In this document: positions 20,913 through 30,490 of the stretch, piece by piece
How positions within the stretch are numbered: the first letter of the stretch is position 1
How the letters are laid out: every line of letters starts with the position of its first letter
IMG/VR virus record: IMGVR_UViG_3300023184_004591
Span: 31,293-95,292 of that record
Source: a virus
Length of the DNA: 64,000 bases
Strand: one strand, 5' to 3'
Translations under genes and position numbers: made by a program
Notes under the pieces: model-generated
What the model saw: only the letters and a program-made list of their open reading frames with translations
Told to the model about the DNA's origin: nothing
Database searches by the model: none

Positions 20913-22898
20913 TTATGAACAATTATGAATCGCAGTACATTCTGGACAATCAATATATTCTGTAATTGTACCTAAAAATAAGGTTGATGGTCCCGAAGTT
21001 GGTGTACTATTTTCCCAACAAGTCCCACTATCACTATCATAAAAGTATGTCGGTAATCCATTTGATGGAACTAAAACTGTTTGATCTGGTTGCACCCCAC
21101 AACAATCAATTAGTTGAACATAGTTACAAACATTTTGACTGATACAACCATTACAATTATCGTATTGGGATTCCCATACGCTGAAGTTTGTTGTTGGGGT
21201 ATCTGTTGTGATCGAAACACAACTATAACAGTTTCCAACGGAGTCAGTATACCTCCTACCAATTGTGTATGATCCAAATGCAATTTCTGTAATCCCATTT
21301 TCACAACAAGATTCAAATAAATAATAATCAGGACAATTTCCAATATCCATCTGACAACTCTGACAACTATCATATTGGGCTTTAGGTATTATAATTAAAG
21401 GCCAAGTTGGTGTTCCAACTAAAGACCATCCAACAACTTCCCAACAAACACCATTTACATCACCAAATATTGTTCCCGTTGTTGGAACTTGCTCCATGAT
21501 GGCTACCTCAACCTGTAATAGGTCACAACAATTTCTAAGAGTGACATAAGCAAAATCAGGACAAGTATTTGAGTCCACACAATCAATACAATCAGTCGAA
21601 GGCGTTGTTAAAGTTATTTCATAATTTGTTGGTAATTCATATGCTTCCGATATAATAGTCCAACAAATTCCGTCCGAATCAACCCAAACCTCATCTATGG
21701 AGAGATCCAATGTTGTATGTATTACTTCTTGTGAGAAAATACCACAACAAGACTGAACCACCCAAACAGACGGACAATTGTTATTACTAATACAATCTTC
21801 GCAATTAGTATATCCTGTTGTTCCAATCGTAATTGTAGGGGCAGTTACAGGTGCGGATGTGCTTGAGTCAATACTCCAACAGAATCCGTAATCATCAACA
21901 AAATAATCACCAACTGTTAAACCTAATGATCCTGAAACATATTCCAAACCCTTAACACAACAATTTACAATATTAACATTATCAGGACAACGATTACTTG
22001 AAATACAAGATTCACAACTCTCATAGTTACTTACTAATGATCTAACACTATTTGGTGAGGTTGTTCCAGTACTTTCTATCTCCCAACAATTACCATCTGA
22101 ATCACTCCAAAATGACCCTATTGTTAAATTTGTCCCATTAATAATTTCGGTAACGGTTGGTTCACAACAATTTCTTAACAGATAAAATTCACCGTCAGGT
22201 ATTGAACAATTTTTTTCATAATTTAATGTATATGTAAAATTGGCAGGACCCTTTATTACGGAATTATGTGTAACGCTCATGCCAACAACAAAGAACACAT
22301 CACATGAATCGTAATATTGGGTGAAAGTATGTGAGAGATCAAAACATAATGTATTTTTGGCAAACCCGTACCTTGTCGGTGTAATAACTGACGTAAGTGG
22401 TATTCTTCCGGTTACTGATAAATCATGACATTGGTATAAAAATAAACTAATTACAAATGATGGAGGTATTCCACTATTTCTTATATCAAAATAAATGTTA
22501 CCACATAAATGTATTGTGTCTCCCGACCTAATGTCAACAGGGCAAGGTACCCCAACATTTGATATTGACTCAGGTATTGGAGGTACAGTACCTCCTTTAT
22601 ATGGTAAAGGAAAATCCCACGGACAACCATTCCATCCACAACCTTTACTAGCACCAACATATAATGAAGAAAATTTTGCAGAAGACGACGAAGGTGTGAA
22701 ATACCCCGAATTTGACGCAATTAACGTATTTTCCGTTGAGCACCCACCAATAAGTGATGCGACTTGAGATAACGTAGCTTTATATGATGATCCTGCAGGG
22801 TTTTGTGATGTGTCCCCCGTAATCACTATGTGTAGTATATCATCAAGTGATATACTTGGGGCTAATGTTCTATCTGTTAGTCTTTGGTAATTCGGCAT
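20913..22898 (-). CDS. Fibre-like protein with six tandem ~70-aa six-Cys modules
   Basis: N-terminus MPNYQRLTDRT...DDILHIV...SYKATLSQV; six CC-x-C[WY]-x-CxxC-x-C repeats between ~22185 and 20913. Confidence 0.8.
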   Translation of the reverse strand: MPNYQRLTDRTLAPSISLDDILHIVITGDTSQNPAGSSYKATLSQVASLIGGCSTENTLIASNSGYFTPSSSSAKFSSLYVGASKGCGWNGCPWDFPLPYKGGTVPPIPESISNVGVPCPVDIRSGDTIHLCGNIYFDIRNSGIPPSFVISLFLYQCHDLSVTGRIPLTSVITPTRYGFAKNTLCFDLSHTFTQYYDSCDVFFVVGMSVTHNSVIKGPANFTYTLNYEKNCSIPDGEFYLLRNCCEPTVTEIINGTNLTIGSFWSDSDGNCWEIESTGTTSPNSVRSLVSNYESCESCISSNRCPDNVNIVNCCVKGLEYVSGSLGLTVGDYFVDDYGFCWSIDSSTSAPVTAPTITIGTTGYTNCEDCISNNNCPSVWVVQSCCGIFSQEVIHTTLDLSIDEVWVDSDGICWTIISEAYELPTNYEITLTTPSTDCIDCVDSNTCPDFAYVTLRNCCDLLQVEVAIMEQVPTTGTIFGDVNGVCWEVVGWSLVGTPTWPLIIIPKAQYDSCQSCQMDIGNCPDYYLFESCCENGITEIAFGSYTIGRRYTDSVGNCYSCVSITTDTPTTNFSVWESQYDNCNGCISQNVCNYVQLIDCCGVQPDQTVLVPSNGLPTYFYDSDSGTCWENSTPTSGPSTLFLGTITEYIDCPECTAIHNCS

Positions 22899-22929
22899 CC
22901 TCTTTTAGTTATAAATATTTAAGATGTCA

Positions 22930-23235
22930 TTATTGATCCTCGAAAAGATAAATATTTGCATCCATAAAAAGAAATCCTTCCCCAGATTGGAATAATTTAC
23001 TTTTTGATTCACCACAATTTAATATGAAAAATTCTTCACAACCATAGACATCAATTATTTTAATTCCTATTGCAGGAACGTTATTAAATTGGGAGGGTAT
23101 GTTTAATGTTATTGATGGTGGTATTGGGGTGTTTATGTACGCTAAAACCGCACATTGATTTCCGTACACATCACAGACATATATAACATAAGGTAAGGTT
23201 GCACCTGTAATACTATCAATTTGTAATACTAACAT
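22930..23235 (-). CDS. Small adaptor-like structural protein
   Basis: Paralogous to the mucin N-domain (PY.IYVCDV....C...IKI.D...CE.F); C-terminal KLFQSGEGFLFMDANIYLFE tail. Confidence 0.75.
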   Translation of the reverse strand: MLVLQIDSITGATLPYVIYVCDVYGNQCAVLAYINTPIPPSITLNIPSQFNNVPAIGIKIIDVYGCEEFFILNCGESKSKLFQSGEGFLFMDANIYLFEDQ

Positions 23236-23295
23236 ATACCATAAATACTTACGTTAACTCAAATTGAAAACCTAAATAGGATATTTAAAGTTTAC

Positions 23296-23643
23296 TTATA
23301 CTATTCCCAATAATTCTATATATTTGTTGTATAAAAAATCATTTGAATCAAGTAAGTTACTTGTAAATTCTGTTCTGTTTAAAATAATATTTTTATATTG
23401 GTCATCATATGAAAATAATGATAGACTCATTTCATCCCAATTATTACAATTTAAGGGTAATTCTGAGTTAGTTTGAGTTTTAAAAGTTTCGGATGTCATC
23501 ATAGATAAAACATCGATTAATAACGTTTTAACTATTAAGTCATCCATTTTTTCAATATCAACTCTCATGGTCGAACTTTTATTTATTGTGATCCCGTTTT
23601 GATAAAGGGTTATTACTAATATATTCCAATCTGTATAATTCAT
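23296..23643 (-). CDS. Hypothetical protein
   Basis: 115-aa ORF 1 nt downstream of the large fibre gene. Confidence 0.65.
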   Translation of the reverse strand: MNYTDWNILVITLYQNGITINKSSTMRVDIEKMDDLIVKTLLIDVLSMMTSETFKTQTNSELPLNCNNWDEMSLSLFSYDDQYKNIILNRTEFTSNLLDSNDFLYNKYIELLGIV

Positions 23644-23644
23644 A

Positions 23645-26600
23645 TTAATTATTTTTTAAAACCATTACTGTTAATGTACCTTGTTTTATTGACCCACCAA
23701 TACCACTAACAGAGGCGGAAGACCCCGAAACATAAACGGCATCCACTTCAATTGTATGTGAACCCGCAGCTAAAGTAAGTATTACTGAAGTATTCCAATT
23801 GGCAACCCAGTTCGTAACGTTAGCAAGTGCCGCTGCCGTTGGGTTGTCAGCATATATTCTTTGATATCCACCTGAGGCTAATACCGCACCATCAACTAAA
23901 ATTGCAACATCTAATGCTGAACCACCTGTTGAAGTTGTTGCGAGCGTATTAACACCACCATTTGTCTGTATGTAAACCATTGTTTGTCCCGAAACTGTGA
24001 TTGTTGTCGATAAACCTGGAATTAAAGTCAATGCGGTTGTTGCACTTGTAAGATTTAATTGGGAGGTACCCGTAACCATTATACCTGATTGACCTAAAGT
24101 TAAAGAACTTCCATTACCTGTGTAAGTACCTGAAAAAGAACCAAAGAACCCAACTGATGAGGTTACAGTTCCTGACATAGTTGTTGTACCGTCATCTTTT
24201 ACTTTGAAGACCTCAGTACCACTATTATTTTTTAATGTTAATTGGTCTATAGTAGTTGCACTTGCACTTACACTTTGTTGTACTCTTAAATTATCAAATT
24301 GTAAATTTTGTGATGCTGCGGTAGAGTAATTGAAGAATACTCCAAATACACTCATAAGTGTTGAGGTGTATGTACTATCAACCGCAGAACCTATTAACGT
24401 ACTTGTTGTTGTTGGATCACCCCATGCAGATGCTCCGTCATCTCTAAAATAATACGACCAAGTATTTGTTGATGGTGTGTATACAATTCTAGCACTGACA
24501 TAATTTGTGTTACCTGAGAAAAGTCCACCAGTAATAATATCTGTTTGAGTTCCCGCAAGACCATTATTATATTTAACAAGTTTCCAATTTCGTGTACCTG
24601 TTGTACCATAGACTAATGCGTAACCACTACCCGCACTTTGTAAGTTAGTATTTGATCCTACCAATACTACCGCTCCTGCGTATGAGGAAGCTCCAAATCC
24701 TGCAAATATTGACGCTCTATTAGTCCTTAAATTGAAAGTCCATTCAATTGTAGATAATGAGTTATTACTTGATAATGTTGGGTTAAATGGTGAACCAAAT
24801 CCTGAAAGAGGAACTGTTGTATAAGATTGTCCAGCAGTACCTCCATTAGCAATATTCAAATAGTTAGTTACTATTGTGGCATTTCCTGTACCTGTATTTG
24901 TATTTGTATATGTTAGGGATGGTGTTCCTCCTGGAGATAAGGTTACTCTACCATAATCATCAATAAATGGTGTTGAGACAGATGGGGTTGGTGGTACATT
25001 TGGAGAAACTAAAGTTAATGTTGAGGCACTTACAGTTGTTGCGGTAACTGACTTCATTGAAGTATTTCCTGTCACAGTTAAATCTCCATTAACTGTCATT
25101 CCTGTTACACTATTAATTGTTGCGGTTAAATCAGGTTGACCATTATTTTGTTTAACCGTAAAAATATTATTATTGTATGTGAATCCTGTCACATATGTGT
25201 TAGGATCTATTGGTAAATTGTTATAAGTTGTTGCTGAAATTGTATTTGCCGTTAAACCACTTTGGAAAATAGTTCCCCCTGTCATAGTTCCCCCACTTAA
25301 TGGAAGATATTTTCCGGTAACATTATCAGGTAAATTGTTATAAGTTGTTGCTGAAATTGTATTTGCGGTTAAACTTTGCACTGAGGTATTTCCTGTCACA
25401 GTTAAATCTCCATTAACTGTCATTCCTGTTACACTATTAATTGTTGTGGTTAAGTCAGGTTGACCATTATTTTGTTTAACCGTAAAGACATTATCACCAT
25501 ACGTAAACCCTGTCACATATGTGTTAGGATCTATTGGTAAATTGTTATAAGTTGTTGCTGAAATTACATCACTTGTAATGGATGATGCACTGTATATATC
25601 ATTACCACCCATGTTAATGTCTCCCACCATTGGTCTTGACCCATCAACTAAAAGGTACTGTGTATGGTCATCCGCACTTAAACCTAATAAGTTACCGTGA
25701 GTTGCAGATGCGTTAACACCTCCAGCCTTAAATCCAACAATAGGTCTTATATCTTCTATTTGGTAAATGTTTGACCCTCCTTGTCGGACGTATATGCTTG
25801 CAATTTCAGTTACTGAATCACTAAAATATGTTGGGGGTAATGGTAATAACGCATTTTCTGCCTGTATTAAAGTTGGATATTGATTTTGACCTAACACTAA
25901 AAAGTACTGTTCATTTACTGCATCACCAACAACATACAATGTATGTTTTGTGAACGCACTAATTGATAATGGAGAAATAGTTCCACTATTGTCATCATAA
26001 CCTACAACTACTTGAGTTGTTGCAGATGTTGACCATCCTGTACCACCATCTCTATAATACATTGTAAATGTAATTCCATTACCACCATCAGGGAAAAATT
26101 CGTTTGTGGAATAATAATAATCCCCACCAGTTACATCTATATTATATGGTGTTATATTTTCCGTAACAATTGATCCTTTTGAATAAATTGGTCCAATACC
26201 GTTTCTAAATAAATTACTATATTGGTTAGATGTATGGTTCGCATTTAAAGGACTGGCATCAATTAAAACAATATCGGTGGAGTTTGTTACAACTCTACCT
26301 AAAACAATATTATAAACTGAATTAGGTCTTAAACCTGAATTAGATAAAATTCCATTGTTATTAATAAATAAATACTGATTACTATTTTGTGGTAACTCTT
26401 TTAGAGTATCACTCCAATCAAAACGTTTAATAACACCATTGTTAATTATACTTTCTAAATAACCATAACCTTCAGATACACTAATTGTGGTTCCACTAAC
26501 TATTGTAATAATACCACCCTCAAGAACACCCATTGTACCACCTTCAAAAAGAAGTGTGGATAAATCAGTGTGTGTACCATCTTTAAATGTTACAGAAAGT

Positions 26601-27649
26601 TTTCTTGTTATATCCAATTCACCATCCGTATGGTCTAAGAAAGACCAATACACATCTTCTGAAACATTAAATATTTTTTGGTGACTTAAACTACCTTGTA
26701 TTGTTCCTTGAGTTCCAGAATGATCAACTGATAAATCATAAGTTAACGAATCTATAATACTAACACCATCAATATCAAATGTTGAGGGTCCACCAATATT
26801 CATTACTCTAAAACCAATATCCCAATTTGAAATATTTACACTAGATACAATTAAATTTGCATTATCTTCTATTTTAAACGCAATTGATCCAGAAGTATTA
26901 TCTCCAATACAATTACCACTACTATAACTAATTTGAGACCCAATACCTTGACAAAAATTCGCAATCGTTGGGACACCTGTTGGCTCATTAAAATGGTTTT
27001 CTAATGACGCAAATGCGGTATAAGTAGGGCTGTTGGCAATAACGTAAACACCATAGGTGTACGATCCATTTAAGTCAATGTACTCACCAAAAAATTCTGT
27101 GTTTGCAATTGATGATGTAACACTAATTTGAACGTCATTGTCATACATTGATACTTTATGTGCCAAAGCAAACCCATCTAAGTCGTCACACGCAATACCA
27201 ACACCTGAGGTGGCACCACTAATAGTTAAAAATGATATTTGACCCGTATCGCCTAATCTAAAAATAATGTTTGATGGATTATCAGGTGTTATTACAACAG
27301 AATTAATGTCCACACCAACAATACTAACATACGGTTTGTTTGATAAGTTAATTGGTGGTTCAACATAAACACCTGACCCCACTTGAATTGAATATCTATT
27401 TGTAAACGATGGTCCTGATATTGATTGGACTGCATCATATAAAGATGTAAAATCTACATCCCCACCTTTACCAACTTTAATTACATTTTCTACAAATGTA
27501 TTATCTAATACATAATTTTTTAAATCATCTATTTTAGTTTCACTTGTAGTTCCTGTTGGATTTATGTAACTAACAAAAGGTACTATATCGGTGGCAGTAT
27601 AACCTGATTTACCGACATATGGAAGTTGTGATATTTTTACGTCTGACAT
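23645..27649 (-). CDS. Large tail-fibre/spike-like protein
   Basis: N-terminal MSDVKISQLP; KVGKGGDVDFTSLYDAV beta-helix start; HGNLLGLSADDHTQYL motif; internal ISATTYNNLP repeats; lectin-like and C-terminal jelly-roll-like domains. Confidence 0.75.
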   Translation of the reverse strand: MSDVKISQLPYVGKSGYTATDIVPFVSYINPTGTTSETKIDDLKNYVLDNTFVENVIKVGKGGDVDFTSLYDAVQSISGPSFTNRYSIQVGSGVYVEPPINLSNKPYVSIVGVDINSVVITPDNPSNIIFRLGDTGQISFLTISGATSGVGIACDDLDGFALAHKVSMYDNDVQISVTSSIANTEFFGEYIDLNGSYTYGVYVIANSPTYTAFASLENHFNEPTGVPTIANFCQGIGSQISYSSGNCIGDNTSGSIAFKIEDNANLIVSSVNISNWDIGFRVMNIGGPSTFDIDGVSIIDSLTYDLSVDHSGTQGTIQGSLSHQKIFNVSEDVYWSFLDHTDGELDITRKLSVTFKDGTHTDLSTLLFEGGTMGVLEGGIITIVSGTTISVSEGYGYLESIINNGVIKRFDWSDTLKELPQNSNQYLFINNNGILSNSGLRPNSVYNIVLGRVVTNSTDIVLIDASPLNANHTSNQYSNLFRNGIGPIYSKGSIVTENITPYNIDVTGGDYYYSTNEFFPDGGNGITFTMYYRDGGTGWSTSATTQVVVGYDDNSGTISPLSISAFTKHTLYVVGDAVNEQYFLVLGQNQYPTLIQAENALLPLPPTYFSDSVTEIASIYVRQGGSNIYQIEDIRPIVGFKAGGVNASATHGNLLGLSADDHTQYLLVDGSRPMVGDINMGGNDIYSASSITSDVISATTYNNLPIDPNTYVTGFTYGDNVFTVKQNNGQPDLTTTINSVTGMTVNGDLTVTGNTSVQSLTANTISATTYNNLPDNVTGKYLPLSGGTMTGGTIFQSGLTANTISATTYNNLPIDPNTYVTGFTYNNNIFTVKQNNGQPDLTATINSVTGMTVNGDLTVTGNTSMKSVTATTVSASTLTLVSPNVPPTPSVSTPFIDDYGRVTLSPGGTPSLTYTNTNTGTGNATIVTNYLNIANGGTAGQSYTTVPLSGFGSPFNPTLSSNNSLSTIEWTFNLRTNRASIFAGFGASSYAGAVVLVGSNTNLQSAGSGYALVYGTTGTRNWKLVKYNNGLAGTQTDIITGGLFSGNTNYVSARIVYTPSTNTWSYYFRDDGASAWGDPTTTSTLIGSAVDSTYTSTLMSVFGVFFNYSTAASQNLQFDNLRVQQSVSASATTIDQLTLKNNSGTEVFKVKDDGTTTMSGTVTSSVGFFGSFSGTYTGNGSSLTLGQSGIMVTGTSQLNLTSATTALTLIPGLSTTITVSGQTMVYIQTNGGVNTLATTSTGGSALDVAILVDGAVLASGGYQRIYADNPTAAALANVTNWVANWNTSVILTLAAGSHTIEVDAVYVSGSSASVSGIGGSIKQGTLTVMVLKNN
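25062..25565. repeat. Intragenic direct repeat (~180 bp x2, offset 324 bp)
   Basis: 25062-25241 is nearly identical to 25386-25565, with a partial third copy near 25329-25373. Confidence 0.85.
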
Positions 27650-27674
27650 TATCTTTTTTTATTTATAAATACTT

Positions 27675-27944
27675 TTATTCTACGATTATGTAGGCACCAT
27701 TTTCAGAAATTAATCGGTTTCCAAACTCATCGGTTATAACAGGTATACAAGGGACATTTAATATACACGTTTTATCATAAAACGGAATGTAAATTGTATA
27801 CGATCCACGATAGTCCTCACTTATATAATTATATGGTAATGTTACGGTTCCAAGATCAATTACATTACCGTAACAATCGGTATGTATGATTTCGGATTGT
27901 TGTCCGATATAATTGTTTGTTAATATTTGTAAAACTGAACTCAT
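27675..27944 (-). CDS. Small adaptor-like structural protein
   Basis: Paralogous to the N-domain of 28605..30488 (I...NY.G...VI.LG.VTLP...G.YTI); C-terminal ITDEFGNRLISENGAYIIVE tail. Confidence 0.75.
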   Translation of the reverse strand: MSSVLQILTNNYIGQQSEIIHTDCYGNVIDLGTVTLPYNYISEDYRGSYTIYIPFYDKTCILNVPCIPVITDEFGNRLISENGAYIIVE

Positions 27945-28582
27945 TAATAAGTTTTATTTAATGTAAATATCTCTGAATAAATTGAGTTTCCTGCATTGTT
28001 AGTGTTCCACTGAGCGGTGATGACAAGTGTATTATCTATTGTAGTATCAAAAGTTGTATCGTTTACTACACTAAAATTTACTCCTTCAAAGTTAAGACCT
28101 GAATTCTTAGTATAAGCGAATAATCCTCCCGATACTATTGATCCTACTGTTGCCACCCCTATTCGTCTTACAGTAAAATTAACATCTAGTTTCCAATGTT
28201 TATTTGTGGCGGTCTCCATCGCCATTACTCCTGTATCTGCTAACAATATGCCTGAAACAGTTTTAATTCTAATATGTAAAGTAGCGGCACCAACACAAGA
28301 TATATGTCCTATTAATACTCCATGAAAACTATCACCAACACTGAACCCATTTTCAGGAATTGTAATAGATCCTACACCATTATTTATTAATGTCGACTCA
28401 ACGGTTGTGGCACTTACCGCAACGCTGGTTCCTGTTTGACTAAATAACCCATAAACTATTGGCAGGGGTGATAATGTAGATTGTTTTATTTTATATGTGG
28501 TTCCCGAATACTCAACAACAAACTCAGAGTTTGCAGTTACTGCGGTTAATTCGGGTAATGAGGATATTGGTAAATCTGGCAT
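27944..28582 (-). CDS. Short fibre/decoration protein
   Basis: N-terminal MPDLPISSLPE...TTYKIK followed by a single beta-sandwich; TATTTAT upstream. Confidence 0.7.
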   Translation of the reverse strand: MPDLPISSLPELTAVTANSEFVVEYSGTTYKIKQSTLSPLPIVYGLFSQTGTSVAVSATTVESTLINNGVGSITIPENGFSVGDSFHGVLIGHISCVGAATLHIRIKTVSGILLADTGVMAMETATNKHWKLDVNFTVRRIGVATVGSIVSGGLFAYTKNSGLNFEGVNFSVVNDTTFDTTIDNTLVITAQWNTNNAGNSIYSEIFTLNKTY

Positions 28583-28604
28583 TTCTTTTTATTTTATAAA
28601 TAGT

Positions 28605-30488
28605 TTATGTTATCATAATCTTTGATCCATCTGCCTGTAGAACAAAGAATCCATCGGATTGTAATAAATAGTTTATTATATTTGTCGGTGTTGGTGTTAA
28701 TGTCGGTGTTAAAGTAGGTGTGTTAGTTAAGGTCTGAGTCAATGTCTGAGTTAACGTTGGTGTTAAGGTAGGCGTTAATGTTGGAGTTGAAGTTCTTGTT
28801 GGTGTTAACGTCTGAGTTAATGTTGGTGTCGGTGTTGAAGTTGGTGGGTTAAGAGGATCTATCAACTCAACGTATAGTAAATCATTATCACCAATACTTT
28901 GTGTTAAATTATAAATGTAAGTACTTGGTGGTGTTCCTGTGAAACCACTTATTAAGATTCCGTTTTCGTAAACATTAACTGTGTGGTTAGTACCACCTGT
29001 AACACTTATGATTAAGTAATCACCAGGAACGTTAGTATATAAGAATCCATTTCCACTTGTGTTTTGTAAAATTGGGTAATAGAAGTTAAATACCGCACTA
29101 AAATTACCACCTATTGAGGTTATCACTGAACCATCGGTATCGTAATTACTAACTAAGAAGTTTCTATATGGTGTTGGTGTAGGTGTTGGGGTTAAGGTTG
29201 AGGTTGGTGTAGGTGTTGGTGGATAACATGCATCTGTACAAATTACATACCCTGGTTCACCTGTTAAATCATATCCAGTTGGTACTTCAGGTATTAATGA
29301 TAAAACTTCAAAAGTATAACCACGATTTTCAGGGTTATTATAAAAATACCCAATAGTTAAAGGGGTTAATGATTTAACGTTAAATGTCCCAACGTTTGAA
29401 CAACCACCACCATAACAACCATACCCTGTTACTTCATAATAATATATTATTTGGGTTGAGGTTGGGGTAACTGTCGGTGTTGGGGTTGAGGTTAATGTTG
29501 GTGTTAATGTCGGTGTTAATGTTGGGGTTAATGTTGGTGTTAATGTTGGTGTTGACGTTAAAGTAGGTGTCGGAGTTAAAGTTGGTGTTGGTGTTGGTGT
29601 GTTTGTTATATAAACTATTTCATATGTGAAATCACAGTTCAATGTTGTTGGTGTTGGTGTTGACGTTAACGTTTGTGTTAACGTAGGTGTGTTAGTTGAC
29701 GTTAACGTTTGTGTTAATGTTTGTGTTAACGTAGGTGTGTTAGTTGGTGTTTGTGTTAATCCTGGTGTTTTTGTATGTGTTGGTGTTTGTGTACGTGTAG
29801 GTGTCACGGTTTGAGTTAACGTTTGTGTTAATGTTGGCGTTAATGTTGGTGTTTGTGTACGTGTAGGTGTCACGGTTTGAGTTAACGTTTGTGTTAATGT
29901 TGGCGTTAATGTTGGTGTTTGCGTAGGTGTTGCCGTTAACGTAGGCGTTGGTGTTAATGTTGCCGTTAATGTTAATGTTGGAGTTTGGGTAATAATACAA
30001 TAACCACTTGTTGTAGTTTGTGTTGGTCTTGGTGTTCTAGTTGGTTTTGGTGTTTTACTTGGTGAAGGACAACCACATGGATCCGTACACGTCGGATGAG
30101 GTGTGGATGTTACCGTTTGAGTTACCGTTTGAGTTACAGTAATTGTTGGTGTTGGTATACAAACATATCTTGTTTCAGTTGGTGTAACTGTTGGTGTTGG
30201 TGTAGCAGTCGGTGTTTTTGTTAATGTTGGTGTTGGTGTTGGTGTCGGAGTAGGTCTGACAACATTTAATATGTTTGGGCAATCATTATCAACACATTGA
30301 TCATTTAATACCAATATGGTGTAAGTACCATAAATTTCTCTTTGTGGATCAAGTAAAGATGGGTTAAATGTACATGGAAGTGTTACATTCCCCAAGTTAA
30401 TTACAACATTATCGTTGTCAGGTTTAAATAATATATTTGCAACCTCACCATCGTAATTAAAACTTTTTATTATTATGCTTTGACTCAT
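28605..30488 (-). CDS. Second mucin-like Thr/Pro-rich structural protein
   Basis: Several TPT/TQT tracts separated by small Cys domains; exact 66-nt tandem duplication at 29778-29909; C-terminal YLLQSDGFFVLQADGSKIMIT tail. Confidence 0.8.
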   Translation of the reverse strand: MSQSIIIKSFNYDGEVANILFKPDNDNVVINLGNVTLPCTFNPSLLDPQREIYGTYTILVLNDQCVDNDCPNILNVVRPTPTPTPTPTLTKTPTATPTPTVTPTETRYVCIPTPTITVTQTVTQTVTSTPHPTCTDPCGCPSPSKTPKPTRTPRPTQTTTSGYCIITQTPTLTLTATLTPTPTLTATPTQTPTLTPTLTQTLTQTVTPTRTQTPTLTPTLTQTLTQTVTPTRTQTPTHTKTPGLTQTPTNTPTLTQTLTQTLTSTNTPTLTQTLTSTPTPTTLNCDFTYEIVYITNTPTPTPTLTPTPTLTSTPTLTPTLTPTLTPTLTPTLTSTPTPTVTPTSTQIIYYYEVTGYGCYGGGCSNVGTFNVKSLTPLTIGYFYNNPENRGYTFEVLSLIPEVPTGYDLTGEPGYVICTDACYPPTPTPTSTLTPTPTPTPYRNFLVSNYDTDGSVITSIGGNFSAVFNFYYPILQNTSGNGFLYTNVPGDYLIISVTGGTNHTVNVYENGILISGFTGTPPSTYIYNLTQSIGDNDLLYVELIDPLNPPTSTPTPTLTQTLTPTRTSTPTLTPTLTPTLTQTLTQTLTNTPTLTPTLTPTPTNIINYLLQSDGFFVLQADGSKIMIT

Positions 30489-30490
30489 CC

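Noticed and set aside
25062-25565. Diversity-generating retroelement TR/VR pair
   Set aside because: Both copies are in-frame and internal to one gene, mismatches are not adenine-specific, and no reverse transcriptase is present in the window.
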